In this document: positions 13,413 to 27,556 of the stretch, piece by piece | How positions within the stretch are numbered: position 1 is the first letter of the stretch | Layout of the letters: the number at the start of each line of letters is the position of its first letter | Assembly (NCBI RefSeq): GCF_006345805.1 | Contig: NC_042999.1 | Location: forward strand, 17,980,001-18,044,000 | Origin: Octopus sinensis | Lineage: Eukaryota | DNA length: 64,000 bases | Direction of reading: 5' to 3' | The notes under the pieces: generated by a model | What the model was told of the DNA's origin: nothing | The model's database searches: none | Seen by the model: the letters and a program-made list of their open reading frames with translations, nothing else | Translations under genes and position numbers: made by a program

Positions 13413-13543
13413 ATAAAAGGAAAGAAAGTACGGTTATCACTCTTGCGATATATTTAGATTAGTGATGGTTTATAGTATGGGAAATATGAAAGATTATATA
13501 AGGTGTGGGTAATATTCAAAAAGTTGGCTTTAGTTATATCATC
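13413..13543. repeat. ~132 bp direct duplicate of 13029-13160
   Basis: Near-identical ataaaagga...ttatatcatc, period ~383 bp. Confidence 0.9.
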
Positions 13544-13597
13544 AAAATAGTGGTTTTGTCTCTAATTTAATATAATATATATATATATATATATATA

Positions 13598-14245
13598 ATT
13601 CTTAAATGAGGGCAAAGGAAAACATTTCTAATGCCAAATATGCCGAAAAATTGGACATATTGTCCATTAACCATATAATTTTTTCACAATACGCACGCTA
13701 CTCGAACAAAGGTCGACAGAAATTTCTAAATAATTCCATTATTACCATATCGGACCGATTTCAGAGTTAGCTACTAAGAGCCCTCTCTTCGTCAGTGATA
13801 GATGTGGTAAAAGAAATAAATTAGGTACTTACTCATACCCATGGAAGAAGCAAACACTAAGTTATGAGCACAACTAAGTACCCCAAATACATCCAAAATA
13901 GAAATATTCCAGCCCATTCGAGACACGTGCGATTTGAACTGAGGCTCTCACAGAGTGAGAGAGTTCGGAAGTGAACGCTTAAATTTATATCTAATGTAGG
14001 ATAAAATTTTTTTGGAAAATTTTTTATCAATGGCCAACATATTAAAAAAAACATTAACGGTGAAATTTATAAACAATTCATAAATGAGGGCAAGGGAAAA
14101 AGTTTCTACTGCCAAATATGCGGATTGGCATTAGAAATTTTTTCCTTTGCCCTCATTTATGAATTGTTTATAAATTTAACCGTTAAAGGTATTTTTTTTC
14201 GAAAAAGTATTCTTTTCGAAAATTTTATCCTACATTAGATATATA
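13598..14245 (-). mobile_element. Hammerhead-bearing ~478 bp unit with ~43 bp terminal redundancy and inverted 5' fragment
   Basis: taaatgagggca...gccaaatatgc occurs at 13603 and 14081. 14125-14243 is the reverse complement of ~13985-14115. The 3' end abuts (TA)n at ~13597. Confidence 0.7.
13748..13800 (-). ncRNA. Type-I hammerhead, PLE-style GAAA(T)CGGTC
   Basis: tatca-CTGACGA-agag...ctct-GAAA-TCG-GTC^cgata. Core intact; the first stem I pair is mismatched. Confidence 0.6.
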
Positions 14246-14329
14246 TATATAAGCGAAATTTCAAGCCGATGGATCTTTAGATATTTATTTACATCTGTCG
14301 TTCAGTCTCTCTCTGCGCATATGTATTTA

Positions 14330-14396
14330 TGTATGTATATATCACACACACACATATATGTATACACACACGCACAAACACACACACACACACACA

Positions 14397-14458
<62 letters not shown>

Positions 14459-14826
14459 TATTTATTTATTATATAGAAGGAGCTTCTACAGGACTAGAAC
14501 TGTTTCATTCAAGAGAAAATTTCAGGAAGCTAGTTAACAAGATTGTATTGGCATTTATACATTTAGGCAGGTTAAAGGGTGGTGGGGGGACTTTTTGGGG
14601 GTAGGCATAGCGCAAAAAAATCATACTTGGGGGAGTGGTCATGGAGTCAGTGGTGTAAATTAGATAGAAGAATAGAATAAAAGAATAAAAAAGGGGAGAG
14701 AGAATAAAAAATATATAGAGGAATAGAGTTTTAGGTAAATAAGGAAATTCTCACTTATACCTATACACATATGTATACATATACACACACACACACATAC
14801 ATACTCACATACATACACACACACCC

Positions 14827-14862
<36 letters not shown>

Positions 14863-15029
14863 CCACACATACATATACATACATATATCTACACACACAT
14901 ACACATTTAACATATATATATATATTATATATATATATATATATCTATATATACATACACATATACATGCACATACATATACACACACACATGTATATAT
15001 GCACACACACACACGACCACACATACACA

Positions 15030-15083
<54 letters not shown>

Positions 15084-15757
15084 TATACACATACATATGT
15101 GTACCTATTCATACCTACACATACCACACATATACACATACAAATACAAACCATTCCCTAATTTTAATTTATTATCTTCATTTATTACTTTTGTTATCTT
15201 TGACCGCTGGTCACAAAAAACATCTGGCTACGACAACCAGTCCCTTTTATCTTTCTACTTGAGCACAAGCACTCACTCACGCACGCACACTCGTTAGCAC
15301 GCACACTCACTCATTCGTACACTCATACACATACACGCACGCACGCGTTATATTCATACATACATGCATCTACATAACTACACGTATATACACTACGTAC
15401 GCGTACCTACAGATTCATGTCTACAATCTTAGAAGACTAGTCTATACATATACACCAATAAATATATATACACACATACATATACACCTACATACAAATA
15501 CATACATACATCATAACTCTACGTACCTACATATACCTAAACACACGAGCGTACACGTGATGTGTACTTATACACATACACATACCCACGCATATATACA
15601 TACAACACATACATACACGCACATATACACAATATATATGTATATATATATATACATATACACATATATACACATATATATATATATACATATATATACA
15701 CATATATACATATACACGCATACACACATATATACATACATATACATACACACACAT

Positions 15758-15804
<47 letters not shown>

Positions 15805-16047
15805 CACACATACACATATATATACATACACACACATACACATACATATACATATACACACATACACACACACATACATATATACACACACACACATACA
15901 TATACATACACACATACATACACACATATATATACACATACATACATACATACACACATATATATATATATACATATACATGTGTGCAAACATACATACA
16001 TACCCATACACACTCACACACTTACATATACATATATACACACACCT

Positions 16048-16096
<49 letters not shown>

Positions 16097-16721
16097 CACA
16101 TATACACATATATATACACATACATACATATAAATATATATATACCTGTATATATACACACGCATACACATACACACATATATCTATACACACATACACA
16201 TATGTACACATACACACGCATATTCACATATATATATATATACATATATATACATATATATATATACATATATATATACACATACACACACATACATATA
16301 TATACACACACATACACACACACATACATATATATATATACATACATACACACACACACATATATATATACCCACACCTACACATACACACACATATATA
16401 TATACATATATACATACATATACACACATACACACAAACACACATATATATGTACATACATACACATACACATACATATACATATACATATACATATACA
16501 CATGCACATACGTATAACTCTACATACCCACATATACATATATATATATATACATACATATATATACATATATATATATACACACACATATATATACACA
16601 TATACATATGCATATATACACACACATATATATACCCATCTACAATCTGTATATACACACACATACATGCACATACACATAACTCTACATACCTACATAT
16701 ACATCGACATACTCGCGTACA

Positions 16722-16763
<42 letters not shown>

Positions 16764-16798
16764 TACATATACATACACACATACATATATATACATAC

Positions 16799-16833
<35 letters not shown>

Positions 16834-16835
16834 TC
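14330..16835. repeat. Very long compound (TA)n/(CA)n/(TACA)n microsatellite region, with short non-repeat interruptions
   Basis: Directly visible; source of the IYIY/HTHT ORFs in the track. Confidence 0.95.
14481..14531 (-). ncRNA. Degenerate type-I hammerhead, ending in (TA)n
   Basis: agcttc-CTGAAAT-tttctcttgaat-GAAA-CAG-ttctagtc-CTG-TA^gaagct. Perfect 6 bp stem I and 4 bp stem III; G8-A9 lost. Confidence 0.45.
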
Positions 16836-18408
16836 CTTGATAATGCGCGTGCATGTTATTCGTTTCTATTCTGAACTATCACATTACAAAGGAACACTAA
16901 TGATATTTACTTGAAAACAAAAGCACGTCTGGTACATCGATTGCAGTTACTGCGAATATTGAATACTACCGATTATTGAACAATAACAACTGAGTGTTTG
17001 ATTACTAAGCCATGGTACAAATAAATTTTAGTTGCAGTCATCACTTTATTTTGTTAATCTTAGTATAACAATTTCTGATTTATTTCAGTGACAAATATAT
17101 GCATGCGTGATGAGTTTTCGGGGAGACGCGCCTGCTTTGCATAACAGGCCACCGAAAACTTAGTGGCCAGTACTTAATATACTATATAGCTTTATTATAT
17201 TGTATTGATTTTCATATGAAATGTTGAATCAGTATATGTGAAGAGTTTAACGTCGCAAACACGCGCCCGGTATAATAGTATCTACATTTATTGTACACAC
17301 CGATATATTGCAGTGCTTTTCAGTGATTTATGAATAGAAAGATAGACATAAAGGGAATGATCGTAGTGCGAAATGGAAGTGTTTTTTCTTACATTACAAT
17401 AAGCTGTCATTGCTTCGGCTTCCTTTTTGTATATTTTTAGAATGTAAATATGTTTATTTCTAACTACAAGATCAATAATGTTTATGCTATTCTTATATTT
17501 TCATCAATACACGCGGCTACAGTTCCCCTCATACATTTCAGAAATTATGACAATATAAGACATATATATTTAAGAAATCGTTCATGTTCCCGACGAATTT
17601 GACAATGCCTGTTATTTTTCTTGGGGCAATTAATATACACTAGAGTTCAACAATAATAATAATTTTCCCTGTATAGAAATATCATTGTGTGGAATATTCA
17701 GTAATTTTCTATCCAAAATATGGCTGATTCATCCCTTATTCATGACTATTAACTTCGCCTCTTCTGTATGTATAAAAAGTAATTGTGATTATATTAGAAA
17801 GAGCTATTTCGAAATCACAAATATTATTGCTAGTGTGTTAGAATAGTTTAACGGTGCTTATTATTGTAACATGTTAAAACGTACTCTGCCTGTTTTGTTG
17901 CTATTAACAAAGTCGAGAAGATGTGGTTTCCCAACTTTAATTCCTTCATCAATTGGCTATTGCATTCTCCTCCATGTATCAGGCATAAATAAATGCTAAA
18001 TTTTCTATATCAAATAACAGCGGCGGCGAGAGTTTCTTATTCACTTCTTTTAATACATATAGTATGGAAGATCTTAGTAGATAATACTTCATAATTTATA
18101 CTTAAAAACACATGGACTACTCCCCCGGATGTACACACATGCATACATACATACACACAAACGCGTACACACATTCATACACACACATACACACGTCTAA
18201 TTCGTATTTATCTACTTGCACTCAGTATATTCCTACACCTCATATATGATAATTCTAGAATGTGTAAAGGGTGACGTTTACCTAATATATCTATTGTTTG
18301 TGGCTCTATATAAAAGTAATAGCGTTGTCTTATGACCTGATATGCAATGTTCTTATCTGTGGCCTGTACGGTATGTTGCAACAAAATGTTATTCATGTTT
18401 TTGTATTC

Positions 18409-18458
<50 letters not shown>

Positions 18459-18805
18459 CATATATATATATACATATATATATATATATCTGTGTGTGTG
18501 TGTGAGCGTGTGTGCATGCGTATATATTCATATATACATATAGACATGTGTGTGTGTTCAGGCGTGCGTGTGTGTATGTGTTTCCGATACCTTAATGACG
18601 ATTATGCACGAACACAGCTTACAAAACAGCTGTTAGCGAACGGAAATTCTTGATGTCGTTGCTCTAGTTTGGCTGCAGTCTAATGAAACAAGAACATGTA
18701 TAATATACACTCACGAATACTTTCGCAGTAGTTGATCACTTTTACATGATATTCATTAGCATTATCCAATACATGATACATGCATACATATATACATGCA
18801 TACAC

Positions 18806-18886
<81 letters not shown>

Positions 18887-19954
18887 TACATACTATGTTC
18901 CGTTGTATTTTTTTGTAATATTCTCTGCAATATTTACAAATAATTGATTGATTGATTTACGTTTCGTATATCTAATCGCCCCAAATGTTTCGTGTTTAGC
19001 TATAACCTAAACAATGAACTAAGATATTCTGTCTTAGATGTTTCAGTTCGACTTTACTTATTATCGCTGCTTCTAACATTGCATTTATTCAAATATACTG
19101 ACCATTGTTACATAAAGAGAGGACATCAATCAAATGGTTATTAACAATAGATACGCAATCTTATTAGATTTGTACACTTATATTCTAATAAATGTTAGAA
19201 ATTACTTCTATCTATAGACTAAATATTTCCGAATATCGGAATATAGGAATATATTGCTCAATTATCCAACTAAACGTTTATTCTTGTAGTCTGGACAGGC
19301 TTAAAAGATTACAAAGAATTAACTCAGGAACAAAACACATACACATAATGAGGAATACAATGTGGATACGAAGTCATGCATTTAACCCAGTGATATCAGT
19401 TTGAGATGAAAAGAACATTTTGTAATGGGCAGGTCAATGGTTAAGGAACGTTTAGCGATATCAAAACGTTTATCATCGAATGGAATATACAACCGGTAAT
19501 CTAACGTCGCTACATCTAAAATTTTTAATCCTTTATGATGTTGCGAAGAGAATACGAAGCTAAGAACTCTTGTGTTCTGCATGGATCACGCTTGATGCTG
19601 TTTATGAAATACTGTTAGAATACGGATAGTGGTACATGTGATTTTTCTCTATAGAAATTATTATAGAATGGATGTGAACACAAATATAAGTGCGATAGTG
19701 GTTATAACATTCATCCTTCACATGCATTGTGAATATACTGACAGAAAAATACAAGGGTAAGAATGAAATTGTGTAAAATGCAGAGTTCAAAAATATAGTA
19801 ATCATTATTTTATAGTAGGAAAGAATGTTCACAACGGGGTTTTATCCGCCACTTCTGCCGTTAAAAATGGAACTTCCAATACAAGACAATAAAGGGAATA
19901 CCTCTTTAAAAAATATTGCAATGGGTTAAATCTGTCATCTGATTAATATATTGG

Positions 19955-20130
19955 TTTCAAATTTTCGCAAAATGCCAGCAATTTCGGGGAAAAGGTTAAG
20001 TCGATTATATCAACCCTAATGCTTAGCTGGTACTTATTTTATCGACAGCGAAAGAATGAAATATAAAGACGACCTCGGCGGAAAACAGCATATAAAAATG
20101 GATGAAATGCCGCTAAGCATTTTGCCCGGC
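19955..20130 (-). mobile_element. Diverged SINE family B
   Basis: aagtcgattatatc...gtacttattttatcgac...gacctcggcggaa...gctaagcattttgcccggc. Confidence 0.65.
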
Positions 20131-20539
20131 TATTAATGGAAATAGACGCTATGGAAAACCGTTGATTAAAAAGCTTACTATAAATTTTAAGGAGGAAATT
20201 TATTGGCACTTTTTCATTAAAATATATTATATTGAAATATACACGAACACATATATGTCTCGAAGTGTAAAAATGATTAAATTCCGTAATTGCTGCCTAT
20301 TTTAAACAATAAACACCGATAGTTTAAAATTATACTGGGCTCTTCAGCATTTCATCGATACACAAGATTAAGCCGGTGAGGTTCGGTTGCTGACATCTCT
20401 TTTAAGAGGTACCTGTATCCTCAATACATGCCCTCAACACACATACATGCTGGTGTATCTTACGTTGCGTATCTGCTCCATCAGAGTTGATTTCCATCAA
20501 AAAGCAACAAAGTGTATTTTCAGGTTTCAACACTGCAAA

Positions 20540-20732
20540 ATTTTGTTAGTGAACAGGTTGCGGTCTCAAAGAGACGAAAATATTTTGACAAATAAAATTT
20601 AAATGTTGAAGTGAATCTAACGGTTTTGTGTGTTTCTTAAATGGCTTAAAGACACCTTCCACGCTGCAATTGTTTTCGTTCCAGCGCACGATCTCAGATC
20701 AAGTCCCTCGCTATGCAAGTACATCTCCGTAA
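20540..20732 (+). mobile_element. Second copy of the G3-C8 hammerhead element
   Basis: Reverse complement of 9096-9290. Motif at 20542-20592: tttgtta-GTGAACA-g-gttgc-ggtctcaaa-gagac-GAAA-atat-TT^tgacaaa. Confidence 0.7.
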
Positions 20733-21316
20733 TATGATTTCAGTTCTCTGGTTTTTCAGATTTTATATCTGAATCCTAGAGCCCCAGGTTACAAAGATGT
20801 GAAAATTTGAAAGAATTTGTAGAACCGATTCTAAATATTAGCACGAAATTAAAACAGACAATGTCCCGTAAACATATATCGTATTGATTCATTATTTCAT
20901 CTTTGTGATTTATGAGTAAATTAATGATATTGGAGATAATAACAAGTTATATTACATGTCGAAAAGAAACAGGAGTTAAAAAGATAAAGAAACTGAAGCA
21001 ATTTGTACGAAAGTAAAGGTAATACTGACCAATTGGCTATGGTCATCGATAATGTCCTGAATGACAGAAGAAAATTGATGGTCAATCTATAAATCTGTCT
21101 ATAATCTACTAAAATACTTAATAAATACGTAATGTATGTCTCAATTAGGCAAGGCAATAGCGACGAGTGATCAAAAGGCCTATAATTCTTTCACTTAAAT
21201 CAGAAATGTAACCGGGCTTGGGCAATAAACGGTCGCACAGTATCTAAATTTATGTATTACCATTGATTGATTAATGCACTGCAATTTTGTGATGGAATCC
21301 GTAGACTGAATACTGA

Positions 21317-21525
21317 CTATGTATGTATGTATGTATGTATGTATGTATGTATGTATGTATGTATGTATGTATGTATGTATGTATGTATGTATCTATGTAT
21401 GTATGTAGTATGTATGTATGTATGTATGTATGTAGTATGTATGTATGTAGTATGTATGTATGTATGTATGTATGTATGTATGTATGTATGTATATATATA
21501 TGCATGTATACATGTATGTATGTAC

Positions 21526-21561
<36 letters not shown>

Positions 21562-21612
21562 AACCAAAAACAGAATTCATAGTTTTATATACATATATAT
21601 ATATATATATAT
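21317..21612. repeat. (TATG)n + (TA)n microsatellite
   Basis: Directly visible. Confidence 0.95.
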
Positions 21613-22160
21613 ATGCCATACCCTGCTTACCCCTGTGGTGCATAAAGGAATATATGGTTCTACCGGATTAATTACCTTAGCAAATAAACTTGTAATAATG
21701 CAGGGATTATATCTGCTAATTGCTCCTGCCACAAAAATATTTTATTGTACACACTATTTTGTGAGATATTGCACAACATATGGAAAAATAATTGTTCACA
21801 TTTTATGCATATCAACACCCTATACATGCTTGCATAATGAAATATTCTATTTAATATATATATATATATTCCTGTGTAAACTTATCTATGATTAATATAT
21901 GTATATTTAAGATGATCGAACCAGACAGAAATAGGGTGTTTGGAGATTCTTCTAATATAATAACTTGCATTAACCTAATTTTAAGCATACTTAGATCTCA
22001 GCTGTTACAACGTTAATTGGGCCAATGCTATCTATTTCACAAAAATATTTTAAAATGTGAATAGCGATACAAGTCTAATAAATATATCCATAAATTCTGT
22101 TCTTTTTGTTCGTTAGCACATCGAAAAGAAATTACTGGACGGCATTTTTCTGGCTCTATA

Positions 22161-22536
22161 GTAGGAGCACTCCGTCGGTTGCGACGATGAGGGTCCCAGC
22201 TGATACGATCAACGGAACAGCTTGCTCGTGATCAAGTGGCTAAGTACTCCACAGACACGTGTACCCTTAACGTAGTTCTCGAGGAGGTTCAGCGTGACAC
22301 AGAGTGTGACAAGGCTGGCCCTTTGAAATACAGGTACAACAGAAACAGGAAGAAAGAGCGACAGCAAGTTGTGGTGAAAGAGTACAGCGGGGTTCACCAC
22401 CACCCCCTGCCGGAACCTCGTGGAGCTTTAGGTGTTTTCGCTCAATAAACACTCACAATTCCCGGTCTGGGAATCGAAACCGCGATCCTCCGACCGCGAG
22501 TCCGCTGCCCTAACCACTGGGCCATTGCACCTCCAC
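22161..22536 (-). mobile_element. tRNA-derived SINE, family D
   Basis: Head gtggaggtgcaatggcccagtggttagggcagcggac...ggtttcgattccc. Exact 12 bp TSD tctggctctata at 22149-22160 and 22537-22548. Confidence 0.85.
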
Positions 22537-22784
22537 TCTGGCTCTATACGTTACAATACAACCAGGTTATGTTTGCCCTTCATCGTTTTGAGTTCAACGA
22601 CATAAAGTAACTGTCAAGTACTGAGTTCAATATAAGTGGCTAACACCTACCCTTATAATGCTCGCAATTGTGCCATAGTTTTAAGCAGATAATGTTATTT
22701 TTCTGTGATTATTCCAACGTGTTATGAGGGGTGACAGTAAGTGTTCTCTTATCAACAAAATATTTCTTATGATTCTTGTACAGT

Positions 22785-23188
22785 TCAGGAGTGGCTGTGT
22801 GGTAAGTAGCTTGCTTACCAGCCACATGGTTCAGGATTCCGTCCCACTGCGTGGTACCTTGGGCAAGTGTCTTCTACTATAGCCTCGGGCCGACCAAATC
22901 CTTGTGAGTAGATTTGGTAGACGGAAACTGAAAGAAGCCCGTCGTATATATGTATATATGTGTGTACGTGTGTGTTTGTGTGTCTGTGTTTGTCCCCCTA
23001 GCATTGCATGACAACCGATGCTGGTGTATTTATGTCCCCGTCACTTAGCGGTTCGGCAAAATAGACCGATAGAATAAGTTCTGGGCTTACACAGAATAAG
23101 TCGCGAGGTCGAGTGTTGCTCGACTAAAGGCAGTGCTCCAGCATGGCCGCAGTCAAATGACTGAAACAAGTAAAAGAGTAAAAAAGTA
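22785..23188 (+). mobile_element. SINE family A (head ggagtggctgtgtggtaagtagc; tail gaaacaagtaaaagag)
   Basis: Seven near-identical copies in the window, each with an internal (TA)/(TG) tract. Confidence 0.9.
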
Positions 23189-23731
23189 CAGGATTTCTCT
23201 TCCAGCAGGTCGAAAATTCGGGTCTCAATTCCAATAGGTTTCAGTCTCTTAGGCAGCAGCTTGTGTATTTTGCAGCATTCTCGCTAAATCATGATATTCG
23301 TAACTTTTACACATTTTCGTTGTTTTCCACTCTGTTATACGTTTTCACGCAAAGTACATGACATAATGCTGTAAAGAAACGTTGTCCTCTGTAATCAGAT
23401 CTGATTGATTTGCTTCAATAATATCGTTTGGTCTTATGAGGATGTTCAACAAAATATCTTATTGTCTTTGACAGCCTCAGGTACGCGTCCAAATCTCTTC
23501 CCTACTAGTTCGAAGCTTCATACTCGGTTAACATTCCAAGGCATTCCTTAGTATGTCATGCTTGAACTCATACTTTGTGCTCGTTTACTGTATTCTCTCA
23601 AGAGAGTTGATATTTGTCGATCTTTGTCTTTATCAAATTAGCACTATCGATTGTCATGAACGGTTACATGTGATCCGTCAATCGTCTCGGGTCTCTATCC
23701 GTCAGATATAACAATTATTATTATTATTAAT

Positions 23732-23762
<31 letters not shown>

Positions 23763-23789
23763 TATTATTATTATTATTATTATTAATAT

Positions 23790-24293
23790 TGTTGTTGTTG
23801 TTGTTGTTTTTTCCTTTTTCAAATTTTCTTCCACTTCTCGTCGAGTGTTTTCCGTACACCTAGGGCAGAGAAGCTCATTGTATGCATTCCCAGATGATAC
23901 ATGCAAATTAAACGGTAAAATATGTATTTAAAGCCATCAATACATAAATTCATGAATAGATGTTGTTTTCTCAGCGATACTCCTCTTCCCAGTACATGAG
24001 CCGTTCCAGTTAACACGAGTTTTTGCACTTCTTGTAGGGATGGTAGGCCTGGTATCATTTTCAAATACGGTTCAGTACCTTTTTTTTTATCATTCCTAGA
24101 GATCCTACAATCACTGGTACTCTAGTCGCCTTGCGATGCCACATTTGTTTTCAATTTCTGTTAACATATCTTAATATTTACTGATCTTATCAAATTCTTA
24201 CGCCGCTATATTGTGAGAGCAAGGAATACTCATGTCAATCAATAAACACACCTTTTTTGTCTGATCTTTTATAATAATATCCGCTTTATTAGC

Positions 24294-24296
<3 letters not shown>
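23790..24296 (-). pseudogene. 3' fragment of an R4/Dong-type non-LTR retrotransposon (REL endonuclease + 3' UTR) between (AAT)n tracts
   Basis: NKADIIIKDQTKKVCLLIDMSIPCSHNIAA...IPGLPSLQEVQKLVLTGTAHVL, homologous to ORF 51441-52034. Confidence 0.85.
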
Positions 24297-24347
<51 letters not shown>

Positions 24348-24411
24348 CATCATAATCATTATTATTATTGTTATTGTTATTGTTATTATTATTGTTATTA
24401 ATATTATCATT

Positions 24412-24830
24412 GTATGCGAGAGCAGTGCATGCCATCACAGTGGCACTAGAGTAAAATATATGAAGCCCAATTTCCCCATCATGACTACCCGTCTGCTGTG
24501 GGTACAGCAGGCACATGTATCCCGACCATATCTGTATGGTATAGTGGTCTCATATGAAGATAAATAGCGCATGACCTTCCAGGTGGGGCCCAGTCAGAAT
24601 TTTCTTCAGGTCTAGTAGCCCATCCCGCTCCAATAGTCCCTGAATAAGGGTTGTTTAAAGAGGTTGAACAAACACCCTTGTTTCAAAAGGTGAATTATCC
24701 AAACCAAAGAATCCCTCTCAACAAATGGCTATGATACTCCCCCATTACCTCTTCTCATGAACAGAGATGAATATTTCGTCAGCCACTAAGGGACATGCTC
24801 AACTGGTTAAGGTCAAGCAACTCATAAGCA
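24412..24830 (-). mobile_element. SINE-like family C with (AAT)n tail
   Basis: Reverse-complement homolog of 49585-50125. Confidence 0.75.
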
Positions 24831-25159
24831 AATCAGAGATATTGGGCATAATATTTGCCGTACCCCATCTTTTATACCAAGAGAAAATAATGTACATGAT
24901 AACATTAATACTACACATCTGTGCATCCTTTATTTGTCAATTAGTTTCCTAGAATTAGTTCGGTTTTACCAGATATTTAATACTGATACTATCTGACGAA
25001 ATAATTAATTGCTCTGCCATATTTACTGATTTTCATTCTCTTGCTTTTCTTCATTCCACTGTACTTGAACTAGAGCTAAAATCGTCTTTCCCATAGCATA
25101 AGCACAAGATTATGCCGCTAATGTATAAATCTTATTATCAACCTTGAAAATCGAAAAGC

Positions 25160-25525
25160 ATAGGCGCAGGAGTGGCTGTGTGGTAAGTAGCATATTTACC
25201 AACCACATGGTTCCGGGTACTATAGCATTGGCACGACCAAAGCCTTGTGAGTGGACGTGTGAGACGGAAACAGAAAGAAGCCCGTCGTATATATGTATAT
25301 ATGTACGTATGAGTGTGTGTGTCTGTGTGTCTGTGTTTGTCCCGCCAACATCGCTTGACAACTGATGCCGCTGTGATTGCGTCCCCGGAGAATAGCGGTT
25401 CGGCAAAAGTGACCGATAGAATAAGTAGTAGGCTTACTAAGAATAAGTCTTGGAGTCGATTTTCTCGACTAAAGGCGGTGCTCCAGCATGGCCACAGTCA
25501 AATAGCTGAAAAAAGGTTAAAACGA
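25160..25525 (+). mobile_element. SINE family A
   Basis: Matches 22785-23188, with an internal deletion. Confidence 0.85.
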
Positions 25526-27101
25526 GTAACCATCTAACCTTCTTTTCATAACGATGCCTCTACTAGGTACTTATTTATCAGTACTCCTGTAAGTTCTTTA
25601 CTCCCACAAAACAAGTTCATGCAATAATTGCTAACGTTTTCCCACACTGAGAATTTATAACAGATTTTCTAGTTGATATTTGAAAATCGAAAACGACATA
25701 TCCCACAGCCAGGTTATCAATTATTTGAAAGGGATCCCACTAATGACGCTTTCTTCATTATTTGTAAGTTATCCTCACCGTTGTAGCATAATGTAACCGA
25801 ACATTGTATTGGGTTTTGCTTCCAAGACCATCGGCTTTGTTTATGGTTTAACATTCATTGGTTGTTCACCTCAGTGGAGCAACCTGTCAAATCGTCATGC
25901 CATGCTGCCTAGCAAATCTACGCCTGGAGAATTACTAAAAAGCGAATATTTTGTTTCGTGAAAATATAATGAAAAAATAGGATTCCCTCGTACGGATGGC
26001 ACAGCAGCGTCATCAAAAGATAAATTTCTTTCAACATCCATTTCGTGTCAGGTATGCTTTTTATAAAAGGTAGGTTGAGATTATCAAGAGATTTAACTCA
26101 TTTTTGCATTAAGATCATCGATTATATAAGGGCAAATTCTTTTAATTGTACCTGCCCATAATTTTGCTACTCTACCTATGCTTAGCTAACCCTTGTCAAA
26201 TTTACAGATAATGATAATAATAAATGCTGCAGAAAAAAAGAAATATATCCTTTCTTCCACTGGCATGTACAGTTATAGACCATTCTGCTGCCATATTTGT
26301 ACGATTGTTTAATGAAATTAAATTGGATATTCTGACACGATTTCTTGGCTGCCAAACTATATTAATTTAAGCATTCTCATTAATAATTCAGTGCATGATA
26401 TTCATATTCATTCATTCCACACGTACTCGATATTATATAAATATATACAATTTCCATTTCTTTTCCCTTGATATCACTCTATTCACATATGTATTTATTT
26501 ATGTATTTATGTATAATTTATATACATGGTTTATCGTGTTAAAGATGACCTATATACTTTGGTATGCGTGAATGTACTTCATTAAACTCTCTTCGATTGA
26601 TATTTTAATGGTCCGGTCATCACCGAAAATAGAAATAACGTTCTTAAGAGAACATAATACGCATATCAAAACGGAATAAGAAATATTATAAGAAAGAGAA
26701 TGATGGAATTATGACAGAATTTGATTCTGATTTACATAAAAAATTATGAATAAAACTGGAGGAATTTATATTAATTTGCACAGTAATACGTTTCTTTAAA
26801 TGCTGTGAATCTGTATGGGTACTTTTGTACAAAAATGTATTTAAGTAAACAATAGTGTACACACATACACGAACATAACTGTATATTACAGGAAAAAAAT
26901 ACAAATTACCCTTATGGCATACGCTGTATTGGTTATTTACGATATACGGACGCTTGTCGATATATACATGATAGTACGTGACTAACAATTAAATCCTGTA
27001 ATAATACAGCAGCTTTAGAGATGAATGTTAGACTCTCTATCCTTTAAACAGGTAACGCATATGTGTGAGTATATATAATGTACATACATATATATATATA
27101 C

Positions 27102-27495
27102 ATAGGTGCAGGAGTGGCTGTGTGGTAAGTACCTTGTTTACCAACCACATGATTCCGGGTTCGGTCCCACGGCGTGGCACCTTGGGCAAGTGTTTTCTAC
27201 TATAGCCTCGGGCCAACCAAAGCCTTGTGAGTGGATTTGGTAGACGGAAACTGAAAGAAGCCCGTCGTATAAATGTATATATATATGTATGTTCGTGTAT
27301 GTTTGTGTGTCTGTGTTTGTCCCCCTAGCATTGCTTGACAACCGATGCTTTATGTCCCCGTCACTTAGCGGCTCGGCAAAAGAGACCGATGGAATAAGTA
27401 CTGGGCTTACAAACAATAAGTCCCAGAGTCGATTTGCTCGATTAAAGGCGGTGCTCCTGCATGGCCGCAGTCAAAATGACTGAAACAAGTAAATA
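27102..27495 (+). mobile_element. SINE family A
   Basis: Matches the other family A copies. Confidence 0.9.
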
Positions 27496-27515
27496 GAATT
27501 TAAAAAAAGAGTATA

Positions 27516-27556
<41 letters not shown>

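Noticed and set aside
15527-16914. Long 270-450 aa ORFs (IYIY/HTHT/CVCV)
   Set aside because: These are translations of (TA)n/(CA)n microsatellite, which has few stop codons.
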